64,000 nucleotides of DNA from Ophelia neglecta (GCA_965285935.1 OZ260664.1:14570001-14634000); one strand, 5' to 3'; positions 1 through 15,775 are shown, numbered from the stretch's first letter. Numbers and translations are program-made. The notes: a model not told the origin generated them from the letters alone.

Positions 1-874
1 TAATTAGAAAAGTAACATCTTTTTTTGGATACAAAGATGTTTTAATTTCATTGAGTAACACTTTTTTAAATCTTAGATATTCCTCTAAAAGCCCCTGTGT
101 TTTTTTATATTTAGACTTTAAAGACTTTAAAGACCAAAATAGCCATTTAAATTAATGTGTTTATGACGAAAGGAACGATTTCCATTTATTAATAGTTAAC
201 TTCCGTTTCCTCGATAACAAATGTCATAATTCCCAAGCATATGGGGTGTATACGTCGAGATTTGTGGCCTTTGTAAGAAATGGTGCTATTCCGCCTGATT
301 TTAACGATAGACATGTAAGTCTGGTTTCGAAATAAAATTAACTAACACAGGGATACGAAGTCAGGACTTGTGAAATAAGAGTAAAAGAGTAAAACATGAT
401 CGATGGCGCTCCTTTAGACTGCTCGTGTATACGTTCTAGTTGCCATTGAAATAACACCACACAGTTAAAGACTGCAATGGTTTCAGTTTCACTCATCCTA
501 AAGCTAGGGGCCATTTGCATCTGCTTTATTCTTCTCTAATATCGTATGTTGTTCAGCCACAATAAAGGCGTGACTGGTTAACTTTTCAGTAAAATAGAGC
601 TATCCAGGAAATATATATACAATTAGTTGGTCTTGTGTTTATTGAGAAACTTTCATCTAGTACTAAATATTATGAAAGGACTTACATCATTATGACCTCC
701 GTCCGGACATTTTACAATTCTGTTCTACTGTGACTATTGACTCGTTTGCTTAATGATTGGACTCGAATCATGGAAAGCTGATGACTTCTTATTGTAAATT
801 ATATCAATTTATGTTTTGGAATATTTTGTGTTTTTAAATGTTTATTTAATGTTGGTGGGTTGGAAATTGATATA

Positions 875-975
875 TTGATGCCTGTGGTGCCAAGACAGCT
901 GGTACTTGATGAGTTTCGACTGATTTAACGGTATGTTCTTGGCTTTGTTCCGCCGGGTACCCGCTCTTGTTTTAT
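875..975 (+). repeat. Dispersed repeat family R1, copy 1 of 4
   Basis: tgtggtgc...gctggtacttgatgagtttcgac...tggctttgttccgccgggta; homologous to 19960 (+), 29965 (+) and 45060-45200 (-). Confidence 0.7.
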
Positions 976-1780
976 TTTACCTGCCCAAGATGCGAAACCG
1001 AACAGTGAGTGAGAAATAACCAGTCTAAGAAGAAGCTACTCCCATGAAATGTATTTATATTTACTAAAACATTGTTAATAATATATTTTATTTATAATAT
1101 GTTCTTAACTTAATATTTATTAATAAACTTCAATGTGAATTGTAATATGACAAAATTATTAACTTATTGTGTTTCCAAGTATGCCAAATAAGATCCTAAG
1201 GACAATTCAATTAACCGGAAAACGCCTGCCCAATTCGGACCCGCTTGTTTAAGAATATTTGATGTAGTTTGCAATAAACCGGGATAAATGGCTGACACTC
1301 TTTGCTTAGTAACACTCCGATTATCTAGTCTCGATATATTCCATTCTAGGAGAATCTAGCAACCAGCTCGGCCTACAATAAAAACACTGATTTATGCCCT
1401 GCTATGGAACTCGATATTTCGTTGCCGATACTCAAATTTCGAGCGTGTATAGATGTGTTCAATAAGTTCGTATCAGAAGCCGTATATGTCGGTATATTCC
1501 TGCTTAAAGATAATATACGAGTAATATAACATCAGTTCATTTGCCATATAGGCCAGTGTGGGTTTTTTTAGTAATTCGATTTTTTTTAGAATGGTTCAAC
1601 AATGTCTTTTACACTTTTTTTGCGAGTGATTTTCTTTCTGTTCTTATATTTGAATTCTTTATTCCATGACCTTAGACCACTCCAAAAATAACTTATTTTG
1701 TTTAGGATCCCTTGATTTAACGTGTTTTTACACTATATAAAAGGGTCTGCCGAAATATAATGGCATTTAGAATTAACATT

Positions 1781-1942
1781 GTTTGATCCATCCTGAGGGA
1801 GTCCACATGTAAAGTAGCTGTGGGTAGTGTCTGCGACTCAATTGCCGACCAGGCTGGTTTCCTTGGGCTTATCAGACACTTTCCTCTGTGGCTTTATGGC
1901 ATAACTGGAGAATCTGGTTAGCCCGGGTATAAATGGGGACTT
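1781..1942 (+). mobile_element. Degenerate SINE-like fragment
   Basis: gtttgatcc (B-box-like) and cccgggtataaatgggga core similar to the motif at ~58780. Confidence 0.35.
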
Positions 1943-4900
1943 TCTTATTTTAAAAACCATCTGAGATATAATCGATTCTTAAATTTGTGACTTTTCTGCT
2001 TATAGTGTGTAATTTCATTGTTCATAAAACTTGATGGTTGACATCTCCAAGTGAATCAGATATTGAACAATTAACACTAGCATGCCTCACTGATGAGGTC
2101 AATGAGGTATGACTTACACTGCAATTATAAAAAAGGTCAACGTGCGCTGCTAAGCTACAGGGGCAGGGAATAACAAGGGAATTACCCATTAAACATGTTG
2201 TCATTATTCTGCTCAAAGGAGCCATCTTGAATAATCCAAATTTTACAGCGACATAATCATGCCAGAATCACACACAGAGCTCCATCTATTGCCTTTATAT
2301 CCTTTACGGCCTGTGACAATAAACTATAATCGATAAAACCAATATCGATAATATGATAATAAATTACCGTGTCGAATACCTTCAGTGCCACTAGAATAAA
2401 AAAGAAAAACATATATAGGACGTTCCATCAAAACCTGCTGGTTGTTGTAATTTTCATAATAAAACTATCAAAATAGCTTTCTCCATTCTGGAGAGTTCAT
2501 GGCATTTGAGAATTCAATCCATCTTCATTGCCGATTGTAACCTTCCGAAATAAAACATCTGATTCATGCTTTGCGATACGCAGACAGACACTTAGTAGAG
2601 TAAAGCGCTTTGCTTGTCATAATTCGAACAAAACGAGTCATTGCCTGTTTGAAAATGGCCTGAGTGAAAATCATGCATGTTACAAATACATGCATGTGAT
2701 CATTACTTTCGTTATTTGTCAAACCAGTCAAATGTCCAGATAGTTCAATCAAACAATGCTGTGCTGAAACCGAATGAATTATTGTAGGTATATTGTGTAA
2801 TGACATCGACATATATTAAGGTATTTTTCACTTAATGTCAAATATTCTTTAAAAAATAACATGACCTCTATCTTAGCCTTCGCCCATGTAATATTTTAAA
2901 GAATACTCACCACCCTATGAAATAACCTAACTTTTCAGTAGGCGTATACTGTCACGCTCAGTATTGCTTATTTTGCAAGCAATTACACTTATCCTAATTA
3001 ACCGCGTATTGATATCCTGTTGTACTTCATCAAGTTATGGTGTTTTGTCGCGATTTGGTGGCCGTTGTCAGGCAACAAAGACATATATGTACATCTTTCA
3101 AGTGTATGCAGAAAGGAACACTGATACTGCGGGAAATGCCCCAAAACATACATCTTTCGGGATTTTATACTTATACCTTTATACAGGGAGAGAAATCTTT
3201 GTGAAATAAGATAGTGTCGAGATGAACTTAATATAATTAGAACTTATGCTTATTTTAAACAGGTTAGCTGGCCAAGGAAATTTGCACCTTGTGAACTTTT
3301 AATGCAAGTGGTGTTGCTCAAGGCCCGGGCTTCGTGGTATTATACACTGGATTAAATGTCACATATACATGGACTGAGTTCCACTTTTTTTTATCATAAG
3401 GGCCTGATTACGAATATTGCTATTAATCATACATGCACGTGACATAATAATTCGTAATAATAAGAAATTCATTTCAGGACCTTATTTAGGCAATAAATAA
3501 TTCAAAATTGATATTGAGATTAGCACGCACCCAAGGGGCTATTTTTATAACACGAAATTGATTGTTTTGCTTCATACTTGTTGTCTAGAGCAAGTAGTGT
3601 TACAATTTCTTAGTTTATTTAGCGATTAATCGTTGGATACAGTGTCCTAGGAGAGTCATACAGAAAATCAAACATCGCATATACAAGTATGGATTGTTGT
3701 TGCAGATGAATGCTAATATTTGTATGAGACAAGAGCAACGCCAAATCCCGATTTAGAATGCTGTCTGCTCTACCGGGGATCAATCCGGTGTTTTTTCTGT
3801 AGAGTATAAACACATAGCACAATGTTAATGCCAAGCGGGGGAATCAAACATCATGCACCAGAAAGGAAATACGAAGTAACAGACATACACCGGTCCAAAC
3901 TATTATGGCCCGAAGAGGTGATCAATCCACCTCTGTTTCAGTAAATATACAACAATTTTATAACGAATATCTAAACGTTCTTTAGTTGGCTCTATCATGC
4001 TCTCCGAGAATTATGCAGTAGCTTATCATGCGGAATTAGACGCAAAGAATAAACATTACTTCGATTTTACCTTTTTTTAAAAGTACCATTACTATTAGGC
4101 ACTATCTTTTCTGAACGCAAGTCTGTTTATTCCCATGGGATGAGTATCATCAGTGGTTGACAGTGCAATTACCAATTATCTTGACAGACCGGCACATTGA
4201 TCATCTATCTTATGGTGGAGGATGCCTGATAACCGACCTGTATTAATGAGTGGCTGCACGCGTTTTATCAATGAGACAACAATTGTAGGTTTGGGAGTGT
4301 GCTAGTTTTCAAATTGCTTACCTAAATTATTTGGCATGCACTGTTTGAATTGTTTAAGATATCTGTTTTCCTTGCCATTTTTAAGCCTTAGGTTATCGTT
4401 TGCTATATATCATAATTGTCTCGAGACAACCTTCATTATTAATTTGTTCCTGGTCACGTTCGGGATAATAAATGACTTTAAGTACATTTATAGGGCTATC
4501 TTTTTTAGCATCACCTCATTCTAGATTTCATACTTGCACCCATTAATAAGTAATTAAGCGGACGAAGCGCAATCAGTGGAATTGTAAATCCGAAAACTGT
4601 AAAGATTTAATCTACAATCAGTGGCTTACATCTCTACCATCATATTTAATTACGATGCTGGAAGATGATGGGAATAATGGCGTCTTTTTCCTTTACGGGC
4701 AGCCTTCTCATTCCTGACAATTGGTTTGTTGAGCAAATTATATTTAAACGGACTGCAGTCCAGCAGAAACAAAACACAACACTTATGCGGTAAGCACGTA
4801 TGACAAATTAGTAGTCGTTTCATAGTGTCAATGGATGAACTACGTTTAAAAGCCCTGCTAAACTATTAATTGTTCCATTACATGCAAACTTTGCTCAAAT

Positions 4901-5433
4901 GGTCCATTATCAACAAAACTGCGAAAATATTTCCATTTTGTGCAGTTTTGCTCTTAGCTTTCTTTCCCATATGCACATATTGTCACTAGGCACTCGGGCG
5001 CTGGCTAATGGTTATCGTTGTGATGGCTCTAAGCCTCATACATCTATCGTACACATAGGCACGAGCTGCTGGTTCAGACAACGGCAAACATTTGGCGAAG
5101 CCTGGGGCGCGGTACAACAATCGCAAAGGTATGACAAGCTTGTTTCATGTGGGAGAGATTTTAATGGCCATCTAAAGACAGGGGAAATGAGGACATTAGA
5201 CAAACTTGACGGCTGAATTCTGTTATACTTTATCTTAGCAGAAATTATGCCAATTTCGTAACAATTTGATCTCCGAGGACGAGAAAACACTTATCCGCAA
5301 TCGCCTGAGGATTTCCCAAATCGCACACATACATCACATCTAGTGATATGAGCGCCTAATATCCTACAGATGCACATGAACTTACCAAACTAGCGGACTC
5401 AAGTGGATCATAGTTGACTTAGTTGCGACAGTC

Positions 5434-5574
5434 ATGGTTGACCGACAGCAGGCTGAGAGGGACGCCGGGGCCGTACTTCTATGGAGTATAAATGCATGGT
5501 ACAAGGGCAATGCCGAACAGAGCTATCAAACAGCAGCCACCAGGAAGAAAATACGAAGACTCAGAAGTGTTAAG
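5434..5574 (+). CDS. Candidate first coding exon of the TMEM272-like gene (MVDRQQAERD...RRLRSVK)
   Basis: ATG in a plausible context (acagtcATGG), 47 open codons, ends AAG|GTAATC in phase 0, which matches the phase-0 acceptor at 16937. No homology recognised, so tentative. Confidence 0.45.
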
Positions 5575-5887
5575 GTAATCTAGTTCAGATTAAACTATTG
5601 AACTCTTGTATTGTACAGTTTACCCCGCAATGGAAGGCATCGGTCCATTGTTCTTTACTTCATCAGACTCACGGGCGTTGAACAAGCTAAACGTGCTTAA
5701 TAGCAGTCGCATCCTTCGTGCAGTAAATACGTCACTGTATGTGTTAAGTCAGTTGTTTCGCATATATTATCCTTGTATGTGTCAGGGAGATGACAACAAG
5801 CACACTGATGATGTTTTATTGCACAATCATATTCACGGATCGAGCGACCATCGGGAATATTGCGGCCCATTAACTCGTCATACGAAT

Positions 5888-5909
5888 CTAACTAACTAAC
5901 TAACTAACT
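5888..5909 (+). repeat. (CTAA)n microsatellite
   Basis: ctaactaactaactaactaact. Confidence 0.85.
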
Positions 5910-6566
5910 CATTATAGTACACCCGGTTACCTGTTTGTAAATTGTAATATATAATACTGACTCTTTATCTTTATATAAATGGACATGGAAATGTCCTAAA
6001 ATGTTAACCAGTCTGTCTTGAATATTACTGTTAACTATGCCAATTGTATCACAGGTACATAAATACTGGTTGAAACTAATTATTAGCAATTTAAACACAA
6101 ACATTGTATCCACCAATAAGGCCACGCTACCGTGCACCATATTGAGAATGTATATGCTAAATTGAGAGTATTTTTTTAACAATGCACACAATATTTATCT
6201 CAGTAGAAAAAAAATGTTTTAGACGCAGTATCAATAACATCGTCCTTAAAGAAATGAAGAGTATCACCAAATGGCCACGATTGTTCTATCGAGACATACT
6301 TATCTTCAAAGATAAAACAGGCTGACTTTAGCGTCTATTTGATTATAGGAACAACCCCCATCAAATGAGCTGGTAAAATTACCATACTTTCTGAAATAAA
6401 ATAAGACGTAGTTTGCAGTTCTTCAAGGTGTGAGTCAGACCATCAAAGTAAAGGGCTTCTGGTCAACGTAAAAGTCGAAGTGCAAAAATATAATATGTTC
6501 TAGGAGAGTCTATGATGAACTAGACCTTGCCCAAATGAGTAACCTAAATACCCTTTTTGTTATATA

Positions 6567-6748
6567 CAGTGAAATCTGTGTTTGTGGAAACCTGTGTAAG
6601 AAGGTCACCTGCCCACCAAGGTCACTAAATATTAGCCCAATCCCCATTTATGCCTGTGTTAACTGACCTGCCTATTAAGGTCACCTGCCTAAAAATGTGG
6701 TCAGTTTTTTCCATTCCCTTGACTGACCTGATTAGACAGGTTTTACTG
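6567..6748. mobile_element. Tc1/mariner (pogo/Tigger-type) MITE, 182 bp
   Basis: Terminal inverted repeats CAGTGAAATCTGT...ACAGGTTTTACTG flanked by TA on both sides (6565-66, 6749-50); internal repeated AAGGTCACCTGCC motifs. Confidence 0.85.
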
Positions 6749-9700
6749 TATTTATTTACTATCTGGGAGCAGAATATTGACTTACTGGTGTTTGTATGGG
6801 GCTGTGACTACCGGTTCCTGTTGATTTTGAATCGATTTTTTTTAAATATCTGTTTTCCTTGCCATGCTTTAGCCTTAGTTTATAGTTTTAGTCTAACGGG
6901 TATCCACTCTCGTTTTTTAAAGCTAAACAACATGCACATATAAATGAATTATGTAGAAGGTTGAGGTTGTCTTCTCTGAGTATATTATATAAATCGTTGA
7001 GAAGCAAACGCCCATGGCCCCTTGTCTTATGGTGGGTGTTATTGATCACTCACAGCCACCAAAGCGAATGTGCTAAAAACGGAGACACGATGACCGCATG
7101 CTATAAAACCTGTTCCGAGATACAATGGAAATACGAGACACACTGATAGAAACATTTATTCAGGTTGGGTTACGTCAAGCTTTGGGAAAGGGATTTCTTA
7201 ACATCCTAACTGAAAATTCTATCCTTACCTCTATCGCCCACCACCAATCTATTCTATTTAGCTACGTTTATCTGGTATATTCTATATGTGTCTCATATCT
7301 GGTATTTGTGTCTACAATATGTTACGGTAAAGTAACACTATTGGAGCTTGATGTAATCATGTATTTAAGAAAATTAAACCTCCCATTGTCATATTAAACT
7401 AAACTGGTGGAATCTAACAAGGCAATCCAATAATAACGATAATTCATTAAAGCTACTTATCTTGATTAATCATTCCTGATTGTTATAAAAAATAAACTGC
7501 TGTTAAAACCATATTTAATATATGTGTTTTTAAAATCTTCATCGTGTGCCTGTCTTACCAGAACATGTCTGAATATGGCAACCGATTTACGCGTACGATG
7601 AATGGAAGCTTACCCAATAGTGTCTGAGTCCACTGAATAAATTATTCGCATCGTCTCCAACCAGACGGCCTTTAGTCCGACATTGCTATCCCACGTGAGG
7701 TATGCAAAAATAACGAGGAAAAGCAGCACCATAAATCGTGGTGACGGGTAATCTATTTTGCATCCAAACGTTATGTACCGTCCTTAGTAAGTTGTCACCT
7801 AGAAACGAGATGGTTATGTACTATTCCTAGAATAGCATCGGGGTGAGCTCATTGCTAATTTCACTGTCACACTTTTTTTTTGCTTGACAGAAAATACCTG
7901 AAATAGCAGGAAAGCGGTTGACTACGAATATTGATTTGGTAATGAATAACAAAATCATATGATGGTAAATCATCTTTTGGTAATATCTAGCTTTATAAAC
8001 GTGCCCTGAACAATGGTGCCTATTTACATTTATGGTTGGCGATTAAATATTCTTTTACAACTGTGTATATTTAATTTGACAGTTAGGTAGATACGTCTAT
8101 TAAACTTGTCGAATTTGGCAGCTTAGTGTCTTTATATTCTGCTCATAAATTTCAATTATGTTACTTCAACAAGTAATCGCAGTTTTCTTATATGTCCATT
8201 CGAAGTATATTGGTTGTCACTAGTTAGAAAGTATTTTCAAGCAACATCTTTGTATCCCTGTCCTGTGCGAATATTTCTAGTACCAGGCACATGATAGTAA
8301 TGTAAAGAGAAGTAATTAATCAGTATAATAATACATGAAGCTTTTATGGGGGTCATTGCATAAATTGGTATCTGCCCAATAAGGTGAGATTTTACTCCTA
8401 CATCTTAGTAAGCAAATGTATAATTGATAAGGAGGGACCAATAAAATTTTAAAAAGGGGGAGGGGGGTTAATAAACGAACATTGTCTGACCACAATCTGA
8501 GAATTTATTTTCCCATTTCTCTTCACGAGAGAGCAAGGCTAGCTATACAAAATGTCCTTTGTTATAAAACAATAATGTTTGTTGAAACAGATAAAGTTGA
8601 AATCCGAAAAATGCCTGAAAGCAAACTTCTAGTGATTACAATAATTCTACATACTATTGTAATTGAGCTTTTAGGATTAGAATGAACGATATTATTTCGT
8701 CCGCTTCGAAGCATATACATCGAATCGCTCTTATGCACTTCTTACTGGCCAACTCCTATTCGTAACATGCGTCACTATGCAGGAACCAAAAAGCTTTTAC
8801 CAGAAGGTCGATAGATTTGCATAATATATTAATGAACAATGCACTCCACTTGATAGGCTCATCACAGGGCAATGCGCAAAGAAGGGAAAAAATATTCTCT
8901 CCAAATGTGGGAAACAATGAAACTATGAACGTTTTTTACAGAGACACAAGCGAAAGAAGAAATAAGGTGGAGAATCAAGGGGACCATAGCAGTATTTCCA
9001 TTAAAAAGTCACACATTAGTCTAGGTCGAATCAGCTTTGCTCTAAGTAGTTTCTATTAGTGAAAAAAATGTTTGTTTTAAATAAAAGGCGCATTGTGTAG
9101 TTGCAGTATGAAAAATCCAGGCAGTAAAAGAGGCAGGGGCAATGTCCAAAGGGCCTGGCTCGACCTTCTGTGTTTTTCAGGTTATTAAGAAGATATGGAA
9201 ATAATTGTGCTGCTGAGGTCCACAAGTATGCCGACGGTACTAATATCTCACAAGAAATAAACCTGGTAATGACAGTTATACGCCCTTGTCTGTCAAAGTA
9301 TAGCAGTAGTGAACCAACAACGTAATGAGAGTTACCGCTAAAACCCTAAGGAGTACGTGACTGCCTTGTCTCACTCAATTCTAGAAGCCAACATTTGCAA
9401 GGAATGCCCCCTCTTGCCCATAAAAAACAAGAAACGAAGACACCAATAAAAGTGTTGTATGGAACCAGCTTGCTTGCGTTTATAAGTACCGTTTCGTTTG
9501 CCTAAACATTTTATCACAGATTGAATGACATGAACATTAATGCCAAGAACTACCAACCTGAAATAATCTATTCCGTTAAAATTTGTTAACAGCATTAATT
9601 AATATTGGGTCAATGTATTGTCAGTTTTCCGCCGCGATGTTTAACGACAAAATAGAAAATACTCGTATAAAGACAAAATGGAGAAAGCAGGAAAGAAGAG

Positions 9701-12700
9701 TAAGAAAAGACTATTGATATTGAGTTTCATGCGAACATTAGATCGACAACAAATCAGTATTTACAATATGGAAATGTTTGGAAATTGCGGGGATAAGAGG
9801 GAAATCATTAAATGCTAGAGATTGTTTTAATCGTGTTCCGCTAGTATGGCCTGGATGATTAATACATTGTTATGACATAAGGATAGTCACCGATTCTGTT
9901 CGCACTTTACCAAAAGCGGGTTTCCACGAATGACAGGCATTGGAATGTTATCGTACACCAATGTTAATAAGATGCATTACATGCAACTATAGTGTCTATG
10001 TTTTACATGTGATGAAATGCGTCACCAGTAACTATTTAAACTCTCATGGTTTGATATTTGGGGCAGCGATCGTCTTTTTAAAATTCGTCATCGAGCTCCT
10101 TCGCATTGCCTTGAGCCTCACATGAATCAACATAAAATGCTCACCATAAAATGTTCACTTTTTTCTCAAGTCATAAAATCAAAAAAACTAGAGTTTTCGT
10201 TTAAGTCACTTACAAGTCAATTAGGAGTTTAATCTGATTTTTACTGTAATGTGAAGTTAAAATGCATTTTAAAGATATTCGGATCAGCACTAGTTATAAT
10301 TTTTTCCCAAACTCATATTTTACCTATACTTATTTGCCTAGAAAATGCATCAACAAATGGGCAATAAATGTTCAACATGTACCCTATACAGAAAATATAA
10401 AGAGCAGGGAATCCTTGTAGCCTTTCTTATAATACGACACGTACTGTACTACATGGTCCTTTCACACTATATATATATATATAAAGCGGGGTCAACAGTG
10501 ACATCAATTTCATTTGACGTTATGTAGTATAAAATGGTGATAACAATAATCTGTCCTCGCCCTTCGAATGCTTGGTAGTAATAAATACACTTGTTGCAAG
10601 TTATATACGCTTAATAACCTACAGTAGCATGTTTAATTGGTATATAACAGCATGACTGTATCAGTGTTGGTGTCCATATGAGCGAAAACAAAATCTTTCA
10701 TAATTCAGTTCGACAAGTTAATAGTATTTTGTCACACTGCGTTCTGCCGACATATAAAGTAACTTTCTGCTGCCTGCTTTCATCTTCTTGGAATTCGATT
10801 TTTATCCTGCATTTTTGAAGCTCCTAGTTCTTTTATATTAGATTTGAACTGGTTTTGTATTTTTAAGACGATTGTTTGGAACAAAAGCATAATTTGAGCA
10901 AAGGAATTCCGGTAGATTATAGGTAGAATAGTAATTTAAACAATTCTAGAACCCCTGGATTACCTGGTAAGTATTCTTGTTTAAACTGTGGAAAGCAATA
11001 GTGTCTATCGGGAAAGTGAAGAAGGCTGAACAAAAAATTTGGCAGTTTTTCTCTGTGCATTCAGAGCGCATAGATAGAAACAGATTTGCCAGTTCAATTG
11101 ATAATGCCCAATTGTAATACAAATTGGGACAAAACAACTCTCGTAGAATTATTCTCGTAGCTAGATCGTTGGCGGAAACAAGAGGATTCAATCAGCCAAA
11201 AGTTAATTCGGTTTGCTATGTTTTGAATAAACCACTGATCAGAATTCCTTCAACACGCACTTGTCTGTATCTGGTTTACTTGGAAGACATTTCGATTCCC
11301 TCCGGAAGCGTACTGTTTCCGTAGGATTCAGGTTTTTTCTGTGCAGTGCAACACGAATGGCCACATATTAGTTGAAATGGCCTTTACCATTTAAAGTATG
11401 TGTTTATTAAGATGTGTAGCTATTGTAAATGAAGATAACACGGGGAAGAAAGCACAAAGACAAAGATAGTTCTAGGCTTCATTTATGTGGCTAGTGAACA
11501 TAAAGTTTCCTGAAATAGAGTACTCTATTTGGAATGGTTAATCATTTATAATACCTTTAACGTAGGATAATTTAATTAGAAGCACCGGAGTACAGACAAA
11601 GACAGAAAACTTTTTCCACCAATTTAAGTTGGATGAATTTGCATTTAGAACACATTGGCCTCCTCTCCGGGCTTTATTGACTCACTATTAAGATACAGTG
11701 AATGCTGCGAAGAATACCAGAGCTTGTACAGAGCTATCCCGCGGCAGAAGATCTGATCAGGCCACACTATTTCATCGTCTGATTAAAGAAGAAATTTTGT
11801 GTTGTAATATTCGCATATTTTCCTGATACCCATCTTATATTTAGTCTAGCTTGTATTCTAGTCGCTATGATATTGACGAGGATTGAAAAAATTAAAATAT
11901 TTCGGACTATTTTTATTTGTACACTTTCAAAGTGCGAAAATAAATGACAACTAAATCCTACTTTGCGGTAAGTATGACAAGGAATAAAAGCCTATTCAAA
12001 ACGGTTCTCACCGTCCTCATGGTCTGGACATGTGAGACTGTCTAGTGTCTCCCTTTCTAATTATCAGACCACTGGAGCAGACGATGTAAATCATCGCCTT
12101 CAAGACTGCACAAAGGGCACTCGACGCGGGTGTCTGCTATGCCCGGGTGCAAAGTCCTGTGCTTATTTGACAACCTATTATCTTGTTGCTCCATTCTAGT
12201 GTATTGTAAAAGTGTGTAATTTTAATGTGAATCTTCAGTCTTCGCTACATAATACAGTCTTTGGCAGTCTTTTTATATGGTTGTTTTGATGGTACAATTG
12301 CTTTGTTCAACCTAGAACACTATTGTCTGAACATGGAGTGTTTTTATTATTAGACACACGGGGCTTGATAATGACATATTTGGCACATAGCCGCATAATG
12401 TGAGGCCTCATATCAATATTTGTTCAAAAAAATGTTCTTTTTTGTCTGTAGACCAGTAAAATCTAGAGTTGGCGGTCGCTTGGGGACAGATTCTGAAGAA
12501 TTTTTGTGTTTATTCTGGGATCGAATTATTGTTCTTTCGGGACATCGGAAAGGTCGACAGTAGGATGTAATAATAGACTGCCTGAAAGGATTCATTAGCA
12601 GAAGACAAACATACCATAGACTGAAAATGAAAAGATTGGCAGTGAATAGGTGGATGAAGGTCAACAATGTATTAAGACATCATCCTGGTCAGGAGATCCA

Positions 12701-15700
12701 GATGAAACATTTCATTTCTTATGTTGCTGACTCTTATGTGTTCAGTTAAGCCCCCAAAAAGCCCTAAGGAGGAACAAGGCCATCTCCCCCTTACCTTTAA
12801 GCTCAAGACCCAGTCCTGTGCCTCTAGTGTCTGTTCTGCTAACATCTGACTAACTTTATATTGCTTCAAATATTAAAATATATTTATTTCGGCATGTGGT
12901 TACTTTCAGTTATGTAGCCTGAATTGATTTTTGTTGTTGTTTTGTTATCCTAAGGAAAACGTTTACTTTATTCCCCTAATTTTCACTGACGTTTTACATT
13001 GCTTTTTATTTAGTTGTTTGCAGATAATATCTTATTACCTCCCATGTGCATATAAATATCTAGCCAAATACTAGAGTCGTCGCAAACACCTCTTATACCT
13101 TCATCACTACATATGATAAAAGTTATTTCCAATTTAAGGGGTTATAAAGAAAATTTGTTTCAACACAACGTAAATTTTTATTTAATGTCCCAGGTCCTTA
13201 CTAAATTAATGAACTTAAGTCCGTTGGCTGATTGGTTCTTTCACTGAATCAAGACCGATTATCTTAAATGTATAATTAGGAGGAGCCACCATAATTGGAT
13301 TCAGCCACCTGGGATAACCATGTTCTCAATCTTTTGATTAGAATCTTACTGCCAAATCACGCTTGCACCCATTACCATTGATTGTTGTCTTCATAGCTTG
13401 GTCTTCATTCTTTGAAAGCCATAAGGTCAGATATAACGCTTTCCTGAAGGTTTTGTTTAAACTGCCTCTTTTCACAGTTCCGAAGTACTACTTATTAAAG
13501 CGAATACTAATAGACGATTTATTTATTTTGATTGCTGCATTTCTTTCGCTGATAAATATTAATGTCAACATCTAGTGATCTACATACAAGCGTATTTTTT
13601 TAGGGACAGTCCAGTAAAACGGTATATATATATAATAATAGAAATAGTGGCGGATATATTTCTGTTGGATCAACCAGTTAACTGATGAATCGCAAAGACT
13701 GTCACATTGGTCAAATTCAAAACTTGTGGCGAAATGGCAGAGTTGTACAACTCCCTTCATTTTGGGCGATGAGCATACACTTTGTCATTTTGCTGTAGGT
13801 TGCGATGCATCCGATTTATTATTAATCAATATAGGGCACCAAAACATAGGCATCTGACAATACCAGGCATAAATTACAATTTGTGTTGATGATATATTAT
13901 GTCGTAGATGGAAGAAAAACGAACAAAACACACTCGTTATGTGCCTTCACTCAATGAACTTCCTGTGAAGGGAAGAAGGTTTACATCGCCAAAAAGCAGT
14001 AGATAATTTCCTCGTAACCTCCGATGTAATTGGCAATTCCACTTACAAATTACGTGATCTGCATTTCGGTGAACTTAAACAAAATCAATATGAATTGATT
14101 CTTATAACAACAGTTATATGACGGAAAAATAAAAAGAGATAATTGTTGTATCCCAATTGGATACAACAAGTTCTCCGTTAAATTTGCACCTAACAGTCTT
14201 TTAGGTGGTTATAGTTTGAGATACCGAATCGAAATACTTCTTCTGGGGTTGAAATTGCTATTATTATTGAAATTAAATCTGTCACCAAGCGTCTGATCAC
14301 ACATTGTGTGCGACTGCAGAATTAATGTAAGGCTGTAAATATGTTTCAATTGATCTAAATCTAGGCATTGATTTATTCCTGCATTATATTCGAGCCCCTG
14401 AGAAAACCGCTATCCGCCTTGCTTGTCCATTTTGCCAATAAAGCGTCTACATGTACCCCTTAAGGTGTAAATCCCTTAGTTTCAATCCATTTTCATGCGA
14501 TGCTTGATTTATGTTTACAGTAAGGATGTCAGCCACATGTCATGAAGTCGTAATATATGTGAAAACGATGGCAATTATTTGGCTTGATGAGCATTCAGAC
14601 ACGTTGTTTTGGCAGGCTCCCTCCTTGGTCATACATTTTCTACTTCGATTGCTCCCGTAATTCGTCGTCGTAGGATGTGGCATTTCTTCTTTTTATTAAA
14701 CAATTCTATTGCATTGTCTGTGTGTCGCCTCCTTTGAGGTACTAATGTCTGTTTGCTGTGTTTTCGAAACCTTCAACAGCCTAACTACATTTACCTCAAC
14801 ACATATTTTTTAAAAATGGGCTGCTGTCGTTGCTCTCGGAACAAGCATGTTGAAATAGGATTATCTAATTTTCACCGCAAGGTAATAAGTCACAGTTTAT
14901 TTCATTTCTATTTTTATTTTCTAACTTATTTTTTTACTATGAACAGACGATATTCCGCATATAAAAGAATATAAATGAATATCCAGTTTTAATATAATTA
15001 TTCGTGTGATTAATTACTCATATATGAATTAAGGTGTGTATTCGTAGTGCATAACAAGGCTAATGATTATCATTTATAAATAAACAGTATAGTAAATGTG
15101 GCTAGAGATCAACGTATGAGATGTTTCACTTGATTTACCTGTTAGGAACTTGTTCATACCGTACACTGTTGTCTTCTAATGCAAACATAATTTAATGAAT
15201 TGCCATATCCATTTCGATATTTCCCTGAATATGACTCATATATTTAGAAACGTCTTTCAGTATTAAATATTTTTCGATATATATCTCATATATCCATGTA
15301 CATAAATTATATACCTCCTAGAGTACTAGTTTGATAATATTTCATTGATAAGACATCATAACCACGATATAGGCAAGCCAGCCGATATACTTTCGGTAAT
15401 TCATTTACTATTGCATAATGGACCGGAATCTCATAGAAGGACACTAGTGAATCATGTTATTTAGTCAAGTTTCGAAGGTGCTGTTATAAGTCACGTGAGG
15501 CAACGTTGCCAAAAATAATAGAAAACTAAAAAGAAAACTGTGCAAGTGATTAACACGAAATAAAGGGGGTAAATTCCAGGCAATCAAGACACAATAATGA
15601 ATAAAAAAACTGTTGGAAATTATTATGAACCACCAGGTGAAGGAACACGAAATATCAAACCCCAGCTCACTCAAAGGCAATAAACTGGTACTGAAATTAA

Positions 15701-15714
15701 TAGTTCTAAGGTGT

Positions 15715-15775
15715 TTATTGACTTGGCTGGGTTTCGAACCAACAACCCTTGCGATCCTGGAACATAGCTCAATGA
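15715..15775 (-). mobile_element. tRNA-derived SINE head fragment (same family as 63412)
   Basis: acttggctgggtttcgaaccaacaacccttg vs acttggctgggactcgaacccacaacccttg at 63417. Confidence 0.55.
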
